A stretch of DNA of 64,000 nucleotides, from positions 29,078,001 to 29,142,000 of the forward strand of contig NC_043016.1 in assembly GCF_006345805.1 (NCBI RefSeq). Reading direction: 5' to 3'. Made by a program: the position numbers and the translations under genes. Below the pieces are notes generated by a model. That model was not told the origin of the DNA, ran no database searches, and was given only the letters and a program-made list of their open reading frames with translations. The DNA comes from Octopus sinensis. Lineage: Eukaryota. This document shows, piece by piece, positions 1 through 14,369 of the stretch; positions within the stretch are counted from its first letter, which is position 1, and the number at the start of each line of letters is the position of its first letter.

Positions 1-380
1 TGTTTCAGTCATTTGACTGTGACCATGCTGGAACACCAGTTTTTAATTGAACAACTTGATCCCAGGCTTTATGTTTTGTAAGCCTAGTACTTATTCTACT
101 GGTCATTTTTGCCGAACCACTAAGTTACATGGGATGTAAACACACCAACATTGGTTGTCAAGCAATGGTGGGGGGCACAAACACAGACACACAAACATAT
201 ATATATATACATATAAATGATAGGCTTCTTTCAGTTTTCGTCTACCAAATCCACTCACAAGGCTTTGGTCGGCCCAAGGATATAGTAGAAGACACTTGCC
301 CAAAGTGCCTTCTCAGTAGGACTGAACCCAGAACCAGTGGTTGGTAAGCAAGGTGCTTACCACATACCCACTCATGCACC
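1..380 (-). mobile_element. tRNA-derived SINE family A copy
   Basis: Reverse complement of the ~390-bp unit seen many times in the window (head GGCGCAGGAGTGGCTGTGTGG...GGTTCAGTCC, internal TA/TG microsatellite, tail AAATGACTGAAACAAGTAAAAGA). Confidence 0.85.
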
Positions 381-462
381 TATATTTTCATTATAGAATT
401 GAAGTACTTTATACATGAAAAATTTCTCAAAAACCAAAACTATCAACACCCAAAAGAGTTAG

Positions 463-670
463 CCCTTTTCAGGTGGCACCTGATTCTATGATACGAACTT
501 GCTGTTTTAAAATAATCTAAATTAAAATCTCCCATCAAAATGTCATCTTAATTCATGTTATAAACACCAGTTTAATAATGACAATTATTGTAATAAATTC
601 TACATTATTTTCGAAGTTAATTACAACAAAATCAGTGTTTTTCAACAAAAGTAATGGTAACAAAAGTGTT
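463..670. mobile_element. decayed piggyBac-like MITE (family M1)
   Basis: Internal similarity to 20778-20997 (TTAAAATCTCCCATCAAA, GGTAACAAAAG end); termini degraded. Confidence 0.5.
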
Positions 671-674
671 CATA

Positions 675-1072
675 GGCACAGGAGTGGCTGTGCGGTAAGT
701 AGTTAGCTTACAAACCACATGGTTCCGGGTTCAGTTCCACTGCGTGGCACCTTGGGCAAGTGTCTTCTACTATAGCCTTGGGCCGACCAAAGCCATGTGA
801 GTGGATTTGGTAGACGGAAACTGAAAGAAGCCATGTATGTATATGTGTATATATATATATGTTTGTGTGTCTGTGTTTGTCCCCCACCAACATCGCTTGA
901 CAACCAATGCTGGTGTGTTTGTGTCCCCCGTAACTTAGCAGTTCGGCAAAAGAGACTGATAGAATAAGTACTAGGCTTACAAAGAATAAGTCCTGGGGTA
1001 GATTTGCTCGACTAAAGGTGGTGCTCCAGCATGGCCGCAGTCAAATGACTGAAACAAGTAAAAGACTAAAAG
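675..1072 (+). mobile_element. tRNA-derived SINE family A, full length
   Basis: A-box-like TGGCTGTGCGG and B-box-like GGTTCAGTTCC, body and tail shared with more than 10 other copies. Confidence 0.9.
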
Positions 1073-1800
1073 AGTATATTAAAACCCATCAAAATTTCAT
1101 GTTAATTTATGTTCCAAACACTAATTTGATAAACGACAGAATTATTTTACTAAATTCTTTGTTATTTTCAAAATTTACTGAAACAAAGAGAGTGTATTTA
1201 AGCAGAAATATAGCAGCAAAATGGCTTATACTTGTTTTACATTTTAGGCTGTCACAAGATATCTTGTATTTAGGTTTTAAATATTTAGGGTTTAAAACAC
1301 AAAAGTGACACTTAAGAAGGGTGAAATAGTGACTAAAAGACAAAATATCAGAGCAGCTGAAAGCAGTTGTATGGCTAATATTACAACGGCGGCTGCTACA
1401 GACATCATTTAAATTCCAAATGACAACCAGTGAGATTAGAACTTCAGAACCAACAGACAATGAAAGGGGGCTTCAATGACAGCATTTAGTTTGCTAAAAA
1501 TAGTAACCAAGAGAACACTATGTCTGCCCATGATAAAAACAAAGGAGTGGGGGTTGTCAGAATTAGAACACTTTTAATCAGAGGTCTACATTTATGATTG
1601 AAGAGCTAAATAAAAACCACAACAGTAGCAACAACAAAAACTAGTTACAATTTTGTTGTTACAGTTTGAAAAGTAATGTAGATTGAGACTTTAGCCATTT
1701 ATCTTTTTCGTTATCAATAAAGTATTTTTTTTTAATATATGAAAAAAGAAGCAGTTATCTCAAGTTGTTTTCATTTGAGTCTGATGGAATCATAAAAAAA

Positions 1801-1924
<124 letters not shown>

Positions 1925-2206
1925 AAACCCTAGATTATAATTTAGAATCATTATCCTTGCACATATAATCTCTACATTCTGATTCTTCATATCCTTTGCA
2001 GATATTTTGTTGGGTTTCTGGGTAGGACAGTTATTCTATTTGCCCGAACCCACCAAATTCTGAGAATTACTTCTATAGCAACAACGAGGAATCCTGTTAA
2101 GTGGGCCAATGTTGTTTCTATTAGTAAATGCAAAATTAACAACATAATTAAATGCTGGTTTTATGAATTACCATAATTTTGGGAAAGGAATTAATTTATT
2201 ACAATA

Positions 2207-2580
2207 TGTGCAGGTCTAGTCATATGGTTATAAAGCTTGCTTTTCAGCCATATGCTTTTGGATTCAGTCCCACTGCATAGCATCTTGGGCAAGTGTCTTC
2301 TACTTCAGACTGATTACTGGAAATGGTGTGGAAGCATGCAAGTCATTTGTACGTGTGCATGTGTACACATGTTTGTCATCCACCACCTCTTGACAACCAG
2401 TGTTGGTTTGTTTTTGTCCCCATAACTTAGCAATTCAGTAAAAAAAAAAAAAAACCATTACAACAAGTACCAGTCTTAAAAATATAATAAAATACTGGGG
2501 TCAGTTTGCTCAACTAAACCCTTGAAGGGAGTGTCCCAGCATGATTTCAGTCCAACAACTGAGACAAATAAAAGATTAAA
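2207..2580 (+). mobile_element. diverged SINE family A copy
   Basis: TTCAGTCCCACTGCATAGCATCTTGGGCAAGTGTCTTCTAC and degraded tail. Confidence 0.7.
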
Positions 2581-3131
2581 AAAAAAGACAGAATACAATC
2601 TGCTGCATGATATTTAAAATAAAAAAAAGGAAATCTCTAAGATTTTGTTATTGTTGTTGCTATTATCGTGTTGTAATTTGAGAATGACGCCCATAACAAA
2701 AATTACTCGTCTTGTGTTCTACACACCAACTCCAATTACCTCATGGATATTCATCTACATGTACCCAACAAATGCTGATATATATCTTTGTAAATATTAA
2801 GATAGGCTATCTTGTGACAGCCATGTAAGAATACAGTTAAAAACATTAGTCTTGAAAGATAAAAAAAATATTTAAAAAAAAAAATCTAAAATTGTCAGAA
2901 CAAAATTAGATGATATCATTATACTTACTGATGGCAATACACATATACATACATAACTTATACACACACATGTACATATGTATATGTACACACATCTCTC
3001 TCTCTCACACACACACAATATTAAATACATGTATTTGTGTAATATATATATACATGACATATATACAGAAGGAAGAAAGTTGTGTGTGCATATGTGAGTA
3101 CACAGACATTTGCACACATACACACACAGAG

Positions 3132-3166
<35 letters not shown>

Positions 3167-3568
3167 TAAAAATATACACATACATATCTATAGCAATTTC
3201 TAAACAAATATGTACTTCAAAGAAAATTATCAAGATACATAAACAAGGAGTCCTATCTATAATTGCTTGATCTGCTATAAATAGCAGCCAAACTTCCTCA
3301 AGTTAGATTGTCATCTTAAATAAACAGTGGACAATATAGTACCTGATATGAAAAACATAGGGGAGAGATAGAGTGAGAATGAGATGAATACAGATGATTG
3401 ATGCATTTCTGATATCATAAATCAACTGTACTTAGACTGACCTGGGGCTAAACAACAAGAAAGGAAAAACAATTTTTTCTTTATATTAAATCAGAATAAA
3501 ACCTCTTTGCACCCCCAACCCCTAATAAACATTTAAACTAGAGAAATAAATTATACCAATTCCTTTAA

Positions 3569-3790
3569 CCCTTTAATATTCAGCTTACTCAGTTAAATGC
3601 GAAGCTTATTATTTATCCACATTTTAAAAAGTTAATTATGTAGCATCTTGCAGCTTGAAGATTTTGAAGATGTGATTGTTTATTTCTAGAATGACCTGAA
3701 GGGTAGGTGTGAGAGACTACGTCTGGTCAGTTGCAACATTAAACAAAAAGAACATTTGGGCCAGATATGGTTGGTTTAAATGCTGGAGGG
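3569..3790. mobile_element. piggyBac-like MITE family M2
   Basis: TTAA|CCCTTTA...GAGGG|TTAA; internal match to 7497-7713 and 4633-4820. Confidence 0.7.
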
Positions 3791-3924
3791 TTAATCAATC
3801 ATTAACAAAGTGTGAACTAGTTTACTCTAGTCATTGTAGCAATGCAATGCCCAATAGTATCATTGTATTCATGTAGTGATGGTGATGATGATGACGAGGT
3901 AATAATAATTGTTTCTAACATAGC

Positions 3925-4095
3925 ACCTGTGCGGTGTCATGTAAAAGCATCCAGCTCACTCTGCAAAGTGGCTGGCGTTAGGAAGGGCTTCCAGCTGTAG
4001 AAACCATACCAAATCAGACGAGAATCTGGTGCAGCCTTCCAGCTTTGGTCAAACTGTCCAACTTATGCCAGCATGGACAATGGATGTTAAATGAT
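3925..4095 (+). mobile_element. SINE-like family C fragment (RTE-type tail)
   Basis: GGCGTTAGGAAGGGCTTCCAGCTGTAGAAAC...GCATGGACAATGGATGTTAAATGAT matches 38228-38507. Confidence 0.7.
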
Positions 4096-4632
4096 AGTAG
4101 GCATAAAACCATAAATTCTGATGGAAAGAGAGGGGTCAGTTTAGTAAATCAATTTCAGCCTTCGACCAATACTGTACATCATTGACTCTGAAAGAATGAA
4201 AACTAAAGCTGACCTTGGTGGGATTTGAACTCAGAACATTAAGAACTGAAAGAAATACTACTAGGTAGCTTCCTGGAATCTCTAATGAATTTGACAATCG
4301 ATCTACCATCAATAAGTTTTTCAATAAGTGAGCACAATGGAGAAAAACAGTGAAGCACCTGACTAAATGCTTTACATTCTTCTTGTAAGTTTGCGTCCCA
4401 CTGTATTCAACTCTGAGTACCTGTTATTTAGCAAGAGATATTCACTCACCTATGAGATCAATGACAAATCAATACTGACCCTTTCATGTTTTTCTCCCTT
4501 GCATTTAATCCCCTTCATTGACTGCATCCAATGAAATAATTAACTTTATTAACTGATATTTTAGGTTGTTCTTTGTAATTCCTTAACAAAAAAGGTCTAA
4601 CTTACAATCATAAATGAAAGGTTTTAATTTAA

Positions 4633-4820
4633 CCCTTTAGTGTTCAGATTACTCTATCAAATATAATATTCACATTGTTTTGAATTAACCATGCCTTATC
4701 TCTTAGCTTAGATTTGAATGATGTGATTGCATATTTTTAGAATGACATTCTATGGTATGTGAGAGAGGCCAGATCTTACTAGTTTAAACATAAAACAGGT
4801 AGCATATTTGGGCTGGATGG
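4633..4820. mobile_element. truncated piggyBac-like MITE family M2
   Basis: TTAA|CCCTTTAGTGTTC start, right end missing. Confidence 0.6.
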
Positions 4821-5199
4821 TTTTTATGTGAAAGACAACAACTACAGTCTCTCGTTAGTTGGTAATAGGGAAAATATATTGACTGAAGAATTTGAACATA
4901 ACACATTTAGAAACATCAATAATATGAGGCATTTAATGTGGTGCTAATGCTTTGTGTATAAAGTAAATATTAAAAATAGACCAGAAATTGTGAGATTAAG
5001 GCAGGAACAAAGAAAGTAAAGATTAGGAATTTGTTTCTTCATAGTATATCATTGATTTGAAGATTAACTTTTGTAAAAGCCAGAGAAATATGCAAATAGA
5101 CACCTTCAGCTTTATTATTAGTGAAGTCTAAAGACAAATTGATTTATTAACACTGGATAGCAATGGTTTCTGGCTTGCCAAAGACTAAAAAGAATATAT

Positions 5200-6230
5200 G
5201 AATGAAGCAACAACAAACCCATCACCATCTATGCATACCAACTAGATAAAAGTTCAAAATCAAGTCCTTTCGACTCTTTAAATCACAACACAGATTAACA
5301 CTCAACAACATTTCAAACCTAACACAGAAAATACATGATGGTTTCAAGATCAAGAAATCTCCAAGATGTACCATTCTATCTACCATCCAAATCCATTCCC
5401 TGTTATCTACTTACAAAGAAAATACACAACACCACCTAAAAAAAAAAAAAAAAATACACTGGTTATGAAACTGTCATATTGACAAGCCTAACATGCAAGA
5501 ACATTTCTGGAACTTGCCATTTCTTGAAAGGAATCATACAGGGAGCCATCCTCTCAACTCTTCTATTTACTTTATATTTACAATGACTTTTTTTTTTACA
5601 CCTACACAAAACAGTCAGTCACATAACCTGATGACATTGCATTTATGTTTTCCTCCTATCCATTGCTACAAAACTACTCCAATCCTACATAAATCATTTA
5701 GCTCCACAACAACAGGCTTAAAATACATCTACTAAACCCACTGGCTTCCTTCTTAATAGCAACATGAAAATGAAATTAAAATACAACCGACTATCACACT
5801 CAACATATCACAAACACAAAAATTAGGAGTTACAATAAAAAAACCACTGCAAAATATACAGAAGCAAAACAGATGCACAAATCTGTTTAGGGCAGTCATA
5901 GGTACCACAATTGATCAACAGAAAGAAACAATAACATTGGTGCATAAGCAATACATTAGATCTATCATGGAACATGGCAGTCCTCCCTGGAGACACAATT
6001 TCTCTGCTACACATCACAATAAACTTCAAAGAATACACCTGTACAACACATTACATTATAACAGGTTGTACCTAGGGTTCATACCTACAGACCACACACT
6101 TCCATAACAGGTCCACACATGAACTATCAACACAAAAGAAACCCAACAAAAATACAAAATATGAAAGACCTCCAGGTTATGAGAGGGACACAATTTATTG
6201 TCAAGCTGAACTTCAACTGGCATAGTGCTG
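5200..6230 (+). pseudogene. decayed non-LTR retrotransposon reverse transcriptase fragment (I-group-like)
   Basis: Broken frames give RT motifs QGAILSTLLFTLYL (~5539), DDIA (~5630) and GTTIDQQKETITLVHKQYIRSIMEHGSPPW (~5900-5990), matching PQG.LSP.LF, YADD and GT.WGQQKET...YIR..LEY..PVW; many stops and frameshifts. Confidence 0.7.
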
Positions 6231-7289
6231 TGATACACACAACCGACAATAATAAAAGCAATAATAATAACAGCAATTATTGCATTCTAAGTGCACCATT
6301 ACTGTAGTCATACGACAGAATCTAAACACATACAGAAATTGACTGGACAGTGAAGAGAGTGTACAATGTCCAAACTGTGATAACTACAGTTCATACAATT
6401 CACCACTACATGTTAGAATGCATTGTATGGTCCTTAACTTGATTGAGATATGGTATATCTGAGAAAATGGAACTGTGTCCGGCCTCGTTATTAGGCAGAT
6501 TAACTGTAGGCCATAGGTGATCTGCTGGATCATGGCTGAACTGAGGAAATGAAGGAACTTTTACATAGTTACTTCAACTAAAAGAAATAGCAGCCAAATC
6601 TCTCAAAAAAATTTTATCTCCAAAAAAGGACAATAGTTTTGGGATACCTAAAATATGGAGAAAAGAGGGGAGATTGTCATACTTTTGATAACAGATTTGA
6701 TCAATCACAGCTGACCTGGAGACTATACCATGAGTCAAATCCTGCTCAAATCACACAATTTATAGTCTTAAAACTGCTAGACATAGCAGCCAAATCACCT
6801 TCAAATCTCATACTTTAACATTCAAAAAGGAAACATATTAGATATTGTAGTTTGAGAAAAATGTGAGAGGATCACAATGACAACAACAACCATTGGCATC
6901 TGTATTTCAAAGAAATCAGGTACTGAATAAACTGCTATGATACATTAAAGGTGAAGGCCGTTTAATATGCCAAAGGTGAAGGCCGTATGACACATTAAAG
7001 GCAAAGGCCATTTAAGGATGTGATACCTGGAAGGAGAGAGGGTAGCACCAGAAGTGGGTTTGTACACATTTTCAGTTCAGAAGTGAAATAAAGCAATGTG
7101 AAATGAAATACTTTGCTCAAAGACACATTCTGCCACCCTGTTCAAGAATTGAACCCACAACCATGTGCTCATGAGTCGGACATTAGGTGATGTGCTGTAA
7201 ATCAATAGTAGTGTTCATATTTAATTAGCTTTAGTAGAGTACCGTGAGGGTGGAGAGTCACGACAAGAGGTCATGGATAATGATAAATT

Positions 7290-7495
7290 GTTGATTTCAA
7301 ATTTTGGCACAAGGGTAGCAATTTTAAGGGAGAGAGTAAGTAGATTACACTGACCCCAGTACCCAACTGATACTTATTTTGTTGACCCCAAAAGGATAAA
7401 AGGAAAGGGCAACCATGGTGGAATTGAACTCAGAAAATGAAAGCTGACAAAATACCATTAAGCATTTCACCCAGCAAGCTAAGAATTCTGCCTTA
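7290..7495 (-). mobile_element. tRNA-derived SINE family B copy (duplicated near 10920-11122)
   Basis: Reverse complement of GCAGAAT...CTGAGTTCAATTCC...CCTTTTATCCTTTTGGGGTCAAC...CTTGTGCCAAAATTTGAAA. Confidence 0.75.
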
Positions 7496-7496
7496 A

Positions 7497-7713
7497 CCCT
7501 TTAGTGTTCGCATTATTCTGCTAAATTAATACGTTTTCATCCACATTGTTTTGAACTAACATGCATTCTTCTGTAGCTATGAGATTTTGATGAGGTAGCT
7601 GTTAATTTTTTAAAACGATATGTAGGGCTGGTGTGGAGACCAGATCTGGCCAGTTTGAACATAAAACAGGCAGAATACTTTGGCAGGATATGGCCGGTGT
7701 AAATGCTAAAGGG
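7497..7713. mobile_element. piggyBac-like MITE family M2 (duplicated near 11127-11343)
   Basis: TTAA|CCCTTTAG ... CTAAAGGG|TAA terminal inverted repeats. Confidence 0.75.
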
Positions 7714-8696
7714 TAAGGATGATGATAAAATATTTCGTTATTCTGGATAGCAGAGGATAAATCCCCAAAAATATCTGCTATTATTCTAAACAAATAAGTT
7801 TGAACTGAGTCACATACTGAACAAAAGACATAATTGACCATCCACTGATTCCTATCATAGAGAAATATTGAGACCATAACCAAAAAACTTCACCCCAGAA
7901 GTGCACAGTCCACCTTGACTGTAAATAAGTACCATGGAAGGTACAGCTCACTGATATATCAATTCAAGCTGTTTGGTTATAGACAGGTTTTATAGTAATG
8001 AACTCAGTCTTCTTGATTATGAATAGGTACCATGATGAAGTACAGTTCACTGTAAAACGCTTTTAATAATTAAGCTTAACATAACTGCTACCCTACTTCC
8101 AGAAAAAACAAAAAAAAAGATACAACTTTCCACTGAAAGAAGTTAATCCGTCATTGATAAATGTACATTAACTTGTTTCACTGGGGAGTGGGGGGAGGGA
8201 GAAAGGGGGGGGGGAAGAAAGAGAGAGTTGTTATCATATCAACCAAAGATTAAACTCTTCAGTATATTATCAATTTCCAAATTAATTAATTGCCACTGAT
8301 GCATGTACCCATTCAAAATATTCTTTGTGTGTGTGTGGTTTATTATCAACTTTAGTCTCTTGTTAGCTGAGATAATCATTGTCCAAAAATATCTACCTAT
8401 AATACTGATTATTAGCTACTATAGTTCATAATTAAATTCATTGTACTCACTATTATTGTTCTTCACTACATATCTATATATAATATATACATATATATAA
8501 TGTTAACATACATACATAAAGATATATACATATATATAAACATATTATACATACATATACACATATATAACATACCTATATACAAGGACATACATGCATA
8601 CATATATATGCATGCCGCATATATACATACACATATACATGCATACATTATTACATACCTGCACAATATATTATTATATATATATATATATATATA

Positions 8697-8733
<37 letters not shown>

Positions 8734-8789
8734 GACATAAATACACACACATATACATACATACATATATTATATATATATTCATTATC

Positions 8790-9159
8790 CTTTTATTTGT
8801 TTCAGTCATTTACTGAGGCCAAACGGGAGCACCGCCTTTAGTCGAGCAAATCGACCCCTGACTTATTCTTGTAAGCCTAGTACTTATTCTATTGGTCACT
8901 TTTGCCAAACCGCTAAGTGATGGCGATGTAAACACACCAGCATCGGTTGTCAAGTGATGTTGGGAGGACAAACACAGACACACAAACATATACATATATG
9001 TATATATATGTACGACAGGCTTCTTTCAGTTTCCATCTACCAAATCAACTCACAAAGCTTGGTCAGCCTGAGGATATAGTAGAAGACACTTGCCCAAGGT
9101 GCCACACAGTGGGACTGAACCCGGAACCAAGCTACTTACCACACAGCCACTCCTGTACC
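8790..9159 (-). mobile_element. SINE family A copy (duplicated at 12418-12792)
   Basis: Consensus match with a small head deletion. Confidence 0.85.
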
Positions 9160-9639
9160 TACACACATATATACACATATATGAAATTAAATAGGTATCT
9201 GTTTATACAAGTGGTATTCTAATACTACACACACACCTTGGCATTTAACATCAATCTTCCATGATAGCATGTTTTAGATGGTTTGCTAGATCTGTACCAA
9301 GCTCCACCATCTGCTTTGGAACAGTTTTTACAACTGGATGCCTTACCTAACACCAATCATTTTACAAAACATACTGAATATTTTATGTGGCACCAGCACT
9401 GGTGAGGTCCAAAGTTAAATATAACTGGAATAGTATAGAGGAATGCCCAGGTGTGTGTGGGCAGGGAAATCAGGTCAGTGCAAAGCAAGAGAGGGGAGGG
9501 GAAGGAGGAGTGCAATGAGTGGTGACACATGGGTACATGGGGAGGGAGGGGCAACAAGTTATACACAGAAACAATAAGCACTGAGGACTTTTCAAATGTT
9601 CAGATGGCTTTCTTGAGGTTGTAAAAATTTCTGGTACTG

Positions 9640-10175
9640 AGGTGACCAGATTAGATTAGCAGTGATGGAGGATGATCTGAAAAGTTTGTGCTAGAATAAG
9701 AATAGGCAAGAAGGAAGTTCAGAGAGCTTATTACCTCTGTTAGCAACAAAAGAGCTTTCTCTCTCAGAGTGAAAGGCTGATTATATGATGTGTGTACAAA
9801 CAGCTGTGCTCCATAGTAGTGAGACATGAGCCCTGAATGCTGACAACATGCATAGACTGAAGAGGAATGAAGCTAGTATGCTCCAATGGATATCCAACAT
9901 CAGTATGCAGTATGACAAATAGGGTTGAGAGAAAATCTGGCATAAGAGAATGTAGAGAGGAACTCAACATTGGTTTGGACATGTGATGCATATGAATGAA
10001 GACAGCTCTATCATGATGTGCTGATCCTAAGAGTGGACAGTACCGTGAAAGAGGGAGGACCTAGGAAGATGCAGGATGAAGGGGTGAGGTCTGATCTGAA
10101 GATGTTGGATCTCACAGAGAGATGACAATGGTCTGAGATGTATGGCAATAGAAGATTTTGAGAAGACCTGTTCAC
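9640..10175 (+). pseudogene. decayed RTE-clade LINE ORF2 3' fragment (duplicated near 13275-13812)
   Basis: Reads RVKG*LYDVCVQTAVLHSSET*ALNADNMHRLKRNEASMLQWI, typical of RTE KG.LY..CV...MLYGSETW...RL.R.E..MLRWM; in-frame stops. Confidence 0.75.
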
Positions 10176-10373
10176 TCAGTGAAATGAGTTCTGGAAGGGT
10201 TGTGTATTCCAACCACATGTAGCATTAATTCACCCACCCTATCCAATGAACCAAATTTACATCTCTTCTTCTTGAACTATGTTTGTCTCATCCCTAACTC
10301 CTGCAGCCCTAACACATTCCGCCAACTTCTCTCCTGATCGTCCCATGCCAACTACGTCATTGCAAACACAAAC

Positions 10374-10473
10374 NNNNNNNNNNNNNNNNNNNNNNNNNNN
10401 NNNNNNNNNNNNNNNNNNNNNNNNNNNNNNNNNNNNNNNNNNNNNNNNNNNNNNNNNNNNNNNNNNNNNNNNN
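10374..10473. other. assembly gap (100 N)
   Basis: Direct read. Confidence 1.
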
Positions 10474-12326
10474 TTGTAGTTTGAGAAAAAATGTGAGGAG
10501 GATCACAATGACAACAACAACCATTGGCATCTGTATTTCAAAGAAATCAGGTACTGAAAAACTGCTATGATACATTAAAGGTGAAGGGCCGTTTAATATG
10601 CCAAAGGTGAAGGCCGTATGACACATTAAAGGCAAAGGCCATTTAAGGATGTGATACCTGGAAGGAGAGAGGGTAGCAAAAGAAGTGGGTTTGTACACAT
10701 TTTCAGTTCAGAAGTGAAATAAAGCAAATGTGAAATGAAATACTTTGCTCAAAGGAAACTTCTGCCACCCTGTTCAAGATTGAACCCACAACCATGTGCT
10801 CATGAGTCGGACATTAGGTGATGTGCTGTAAATCAATAGTAGTGTTCATATTTAATTAGCTTTAGTAGAGTACGTGAGGGGTGGGAGAGTCACGACAAGA
10901 GGTCATGGATAATGATAAATTGTTGATTTCAAATTTTGGCACAAGGGTAGCAATTTAAGGGAGAGAGTAGTAGATTACACTGACCCCAGTACCCAACTGA
11001 TACTTATTTTGTTGACCCCAAAAGGATAAAAGGAAAAGGGCAACCATGTGGAATTGAACTCAGAAAATGAAAGCTGACAAAATACCATTAAGCATTTCAC
11101 CCAGCAAGCTAAGAATTCTGCCTTAACCCTTTAGTGTTCGCATTATTCTGCTAAATTAATACGTTTTCATCCACATTGTTTTGAACTAACATGCATTCTT
11201 CTGTAGCTATGAGATTTTGATGAGGTAGCTGTTAATTTTTTAAAACGATATGTAGGGCTGGTGTGGAGACCAGATCTGGCCAGTTTGAACATAAAACAGG
11301 CAGAATACTTTGGCAGGATATGGCCGGTGTAAATGCTAAAGGGTAAGGATGATGATAAAATATTTCGTTATTCTTGGATAGCAGAGGATAAATCCCCAAA
11401 AATATCTGCTATTATTCTAAACAAATAAGTTGAACTGAGTCACATACTGAACAAAAGACATTAATTGACCATCCACTGATTTCCTATCATAGAGAAATAT
11501 TGAGACCATAACCAAAAAACTCACCCCAGAAGTGCACAGTCCACCTTGACTGTAAATAAGTACCATGGAAAGGTACAGCTCACTGATATATCAATTCAAG
11601 CTGTTTGGTTATAGACAGGTTTTATAGTAATGAACTCAGTCTTCTTGATTATGAATAGGTACCATGATGAAGTACAGTTCACTGTAAAACGCTTTTAATA
11701 ATTAAGCTTAACATAACTGCTACCCTACTTCCAGAAAAAACAAAAAAAGATACAACTTTCCACTGAAAGAAGTTAATCCGTCATTGATTAATGTACAATT
11801 AACTTGTTTCACTGGGGAGAGAGAAAGGGGGGGGGGAAGAAAGAGAGAGTTGTTATCATATCAACCAAAGATTAAACTCTTCAGTATATTATCAATTTCC
11901 AAATTTAATTAATTGCCACTGATGCATGTACCCCATTTCAAAATATTCTTTTGTGTGTGTGTGTGTTATATTATCACTTTAGTCTCTTGTTAGCTGAGAT
12001 AATCATTGTCCAAAAATATCTACCTATAATACTGATTAATTAGCTACTATAGTTCATAATTAAATTCATTGTACTCACTATATTGTTTACTTCACTACAT
12101 ATCTATATATAAATATATACATATATATAATGTATACATACATACATAAAGATATATACATATATATAAACATATTATACATACATATACACATATATAA
12201 CATACCTATATACAAGGACATACATGCATACATATATATGCATGCCGCATATATACATACACATATACATGCATACATTATTACATACCTGCACAATATA
12301 TTATTATATATATATATATATATATA

Positions 12327-12363
<37 letters not shown>

Positions 12364-14010
12364 GACATAAATACACACACATATACATACATACATATAT
12401 ATATATATATTCATTATCCTTTTATTTGTTTCAGTCATTTGACTGAGGCCAAACTGGAGCACCGCCTTTAGTCGAGCAAATCGACCCCATGACTTATTCT
12501 TTGTAAGCCTAGTACTTATTCTATTGGTCACTTTTGCCAAACCGCTAAGTGATGGCGATGTAAACACACCAGCATCGGTTGTCAAGTGATGTTGGGAGGA
12601 CAAACACAGACACACAAACATATACATATATGTATATATATGTACGACAGGCTTCTTTCAGTTTCCATCTACCAAATCCACTCACAAAGCTTTGGTCAGC
12701 CTGAGGATATAGTAGAAGACACTTGCCCAAGGTGCCACACAGTGGGACTGAACCCGGAACCAAGCTACTTACCACACAGCCACTCCTGTACCTACACACA
12801 TATATACACATATATGAAATTAAATAGGTATCTGTTTATAACAAGTGGTATTCTAATACTACACACACACATTGGCATTTAACATCAATCTTCCATGATA
12901 GCATGTTTTAGATGGTTTGCTAGATCTGTACCAAGCTCCACCATCTGCTTTGGAACAGTTTTTACAACTGGATGCCTTACCTAACACCAATCATTTTACA
13001 AAACATACTGAATGTATTTTATGTGGCACCAGCACTGGTGAGGTCACCAAGTTAAATATAACTGGAATGGTAGAGGAATGCCCAGGGTGTGTGGGCAGGG
13101 AAATCAGGTCAGTGCAAAGCAAGAGAGGGGAGGGGAAGGAGGAGTGCAATGAGTGGTGACACATGGGTACATGGGGAGGGAGGGGCAACAAGTTATACAC
13201 AGAAACAATAAGCACTGAGGACTTTTCAAATGTTCAGATGGCTTTCTTGAGGTTGTAAAAATTTCTGGTACTGAGGTGACCAGATTAGATTAGCAGTGAT
13301 GGAGGATGATCTGAAAAGTTTGTGCTAGAATAAGAATAGGCAAGAAGGAAGTTCAGAGAGCTTATTACCTCTGTTAGCAACAAAAGAGCTTTCTCTCTCA
13401 GAGTGAAAGGCTGATTATATGATGTGTGTACAAACAGCTGTGCTCCATAGTAGTGAGACATGAGCCCTGAATGCTGACAACATGCATAGACTGAAGAGGA
13501 ATGAAGCTAGTATGCTCCAATGGATATCCAACATCAGTATGCAGTATGACAAATAGGGTTGAGAGAAAATCTGGCATAAGAGAATGTAGAGAGGAACTCA
13601 ACATTGGTTTGGACATGTGATGCATATGAATGAAGACAGCTCTATCATGATGTGCTGATCCTAAGAGTGGACAGTACCGTGAAAGAGGGAGGACCTAGGA
13701 AGATGCAGGATGAAGGGGTGAGGTCTGATCTGAAGATGTTGGATCTCACAGAGGAGATGACAATGGTCTGAGATGTATGGCAATAGAAGATTTTGAGAAG
13801 ACCTGTTCACTCAGTGAAACTGAGTTCTGGAAGGGTTGTGTATTCCAACCACATGTAGCATTAATTCACCCACCCTATCCCAATGAACCAAATTACATCT
13901 CTTCTTCTTGAACTATGTTTGTCTCATCCCTAACTCCTGCAGCCCTACACCATTCCGCCAACTTTCTCTCCTGATCGTCCCATGCCAACTACGTCATTGC
14001 AAACACAAAC
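10474..14010 (+). repeat. copy 2 of 3.5-kb direct duplication abutting the gap
   Basis: Starts at first base after the N run; differs from copy 1 mainly by 1-nt homopolymer indels. Confidence 0.95.
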
Positions 14011-14369
14011 ACACATGCACTCATACACACACACTAACATATACACATATGCATGTGTGTGTGTGTTTATGCAGATTCTGTCAGTCCATGGAGTTACCAG
14101 ATTTCACTCAGCCTTCATGTAATCTATTCCAAAATATAAACTGAGTTTAACTCAGCACATTCAAGTGGTACTCAGTTATCACTATTTTGTAGCAAAAGAA
14201 TTTAGATCTGTCTGAACGCGGGTATAGTTGTAAGCTTAATTGTTTGTAGAAGAGGAGTAACGAATTTCTGAAGATTGAATGAGTAATCAATTTCTGTACA
14301 CAGAATGAGTAATCAATCTCTGTAGGCAGAATGAGTAATTAATTTCTGATTGAGGCAATAATAAATAAT

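Larger units (their letters stand above)
6845..10373 (+). repeat. copy 1 of 3.5-kb direct duplication abutting the gap
   Basis: Near-identical to 10474-14010; ends exactly at the N run. Confidence 0.95.

Noticed and set aside
4450-4521. Minus-strand donor G|gtgagt with upstream AG
   Set aside because: Stops in all three frames
6940-7015. Spaced AAAGGTGAAGGCC repeats as a CRISPR-like array (also 14276-14348, 61045-61110)
   Set aside because: Only 2-3 units with related spacers in a eukaryotic context and no cas genes; local slippage duplications
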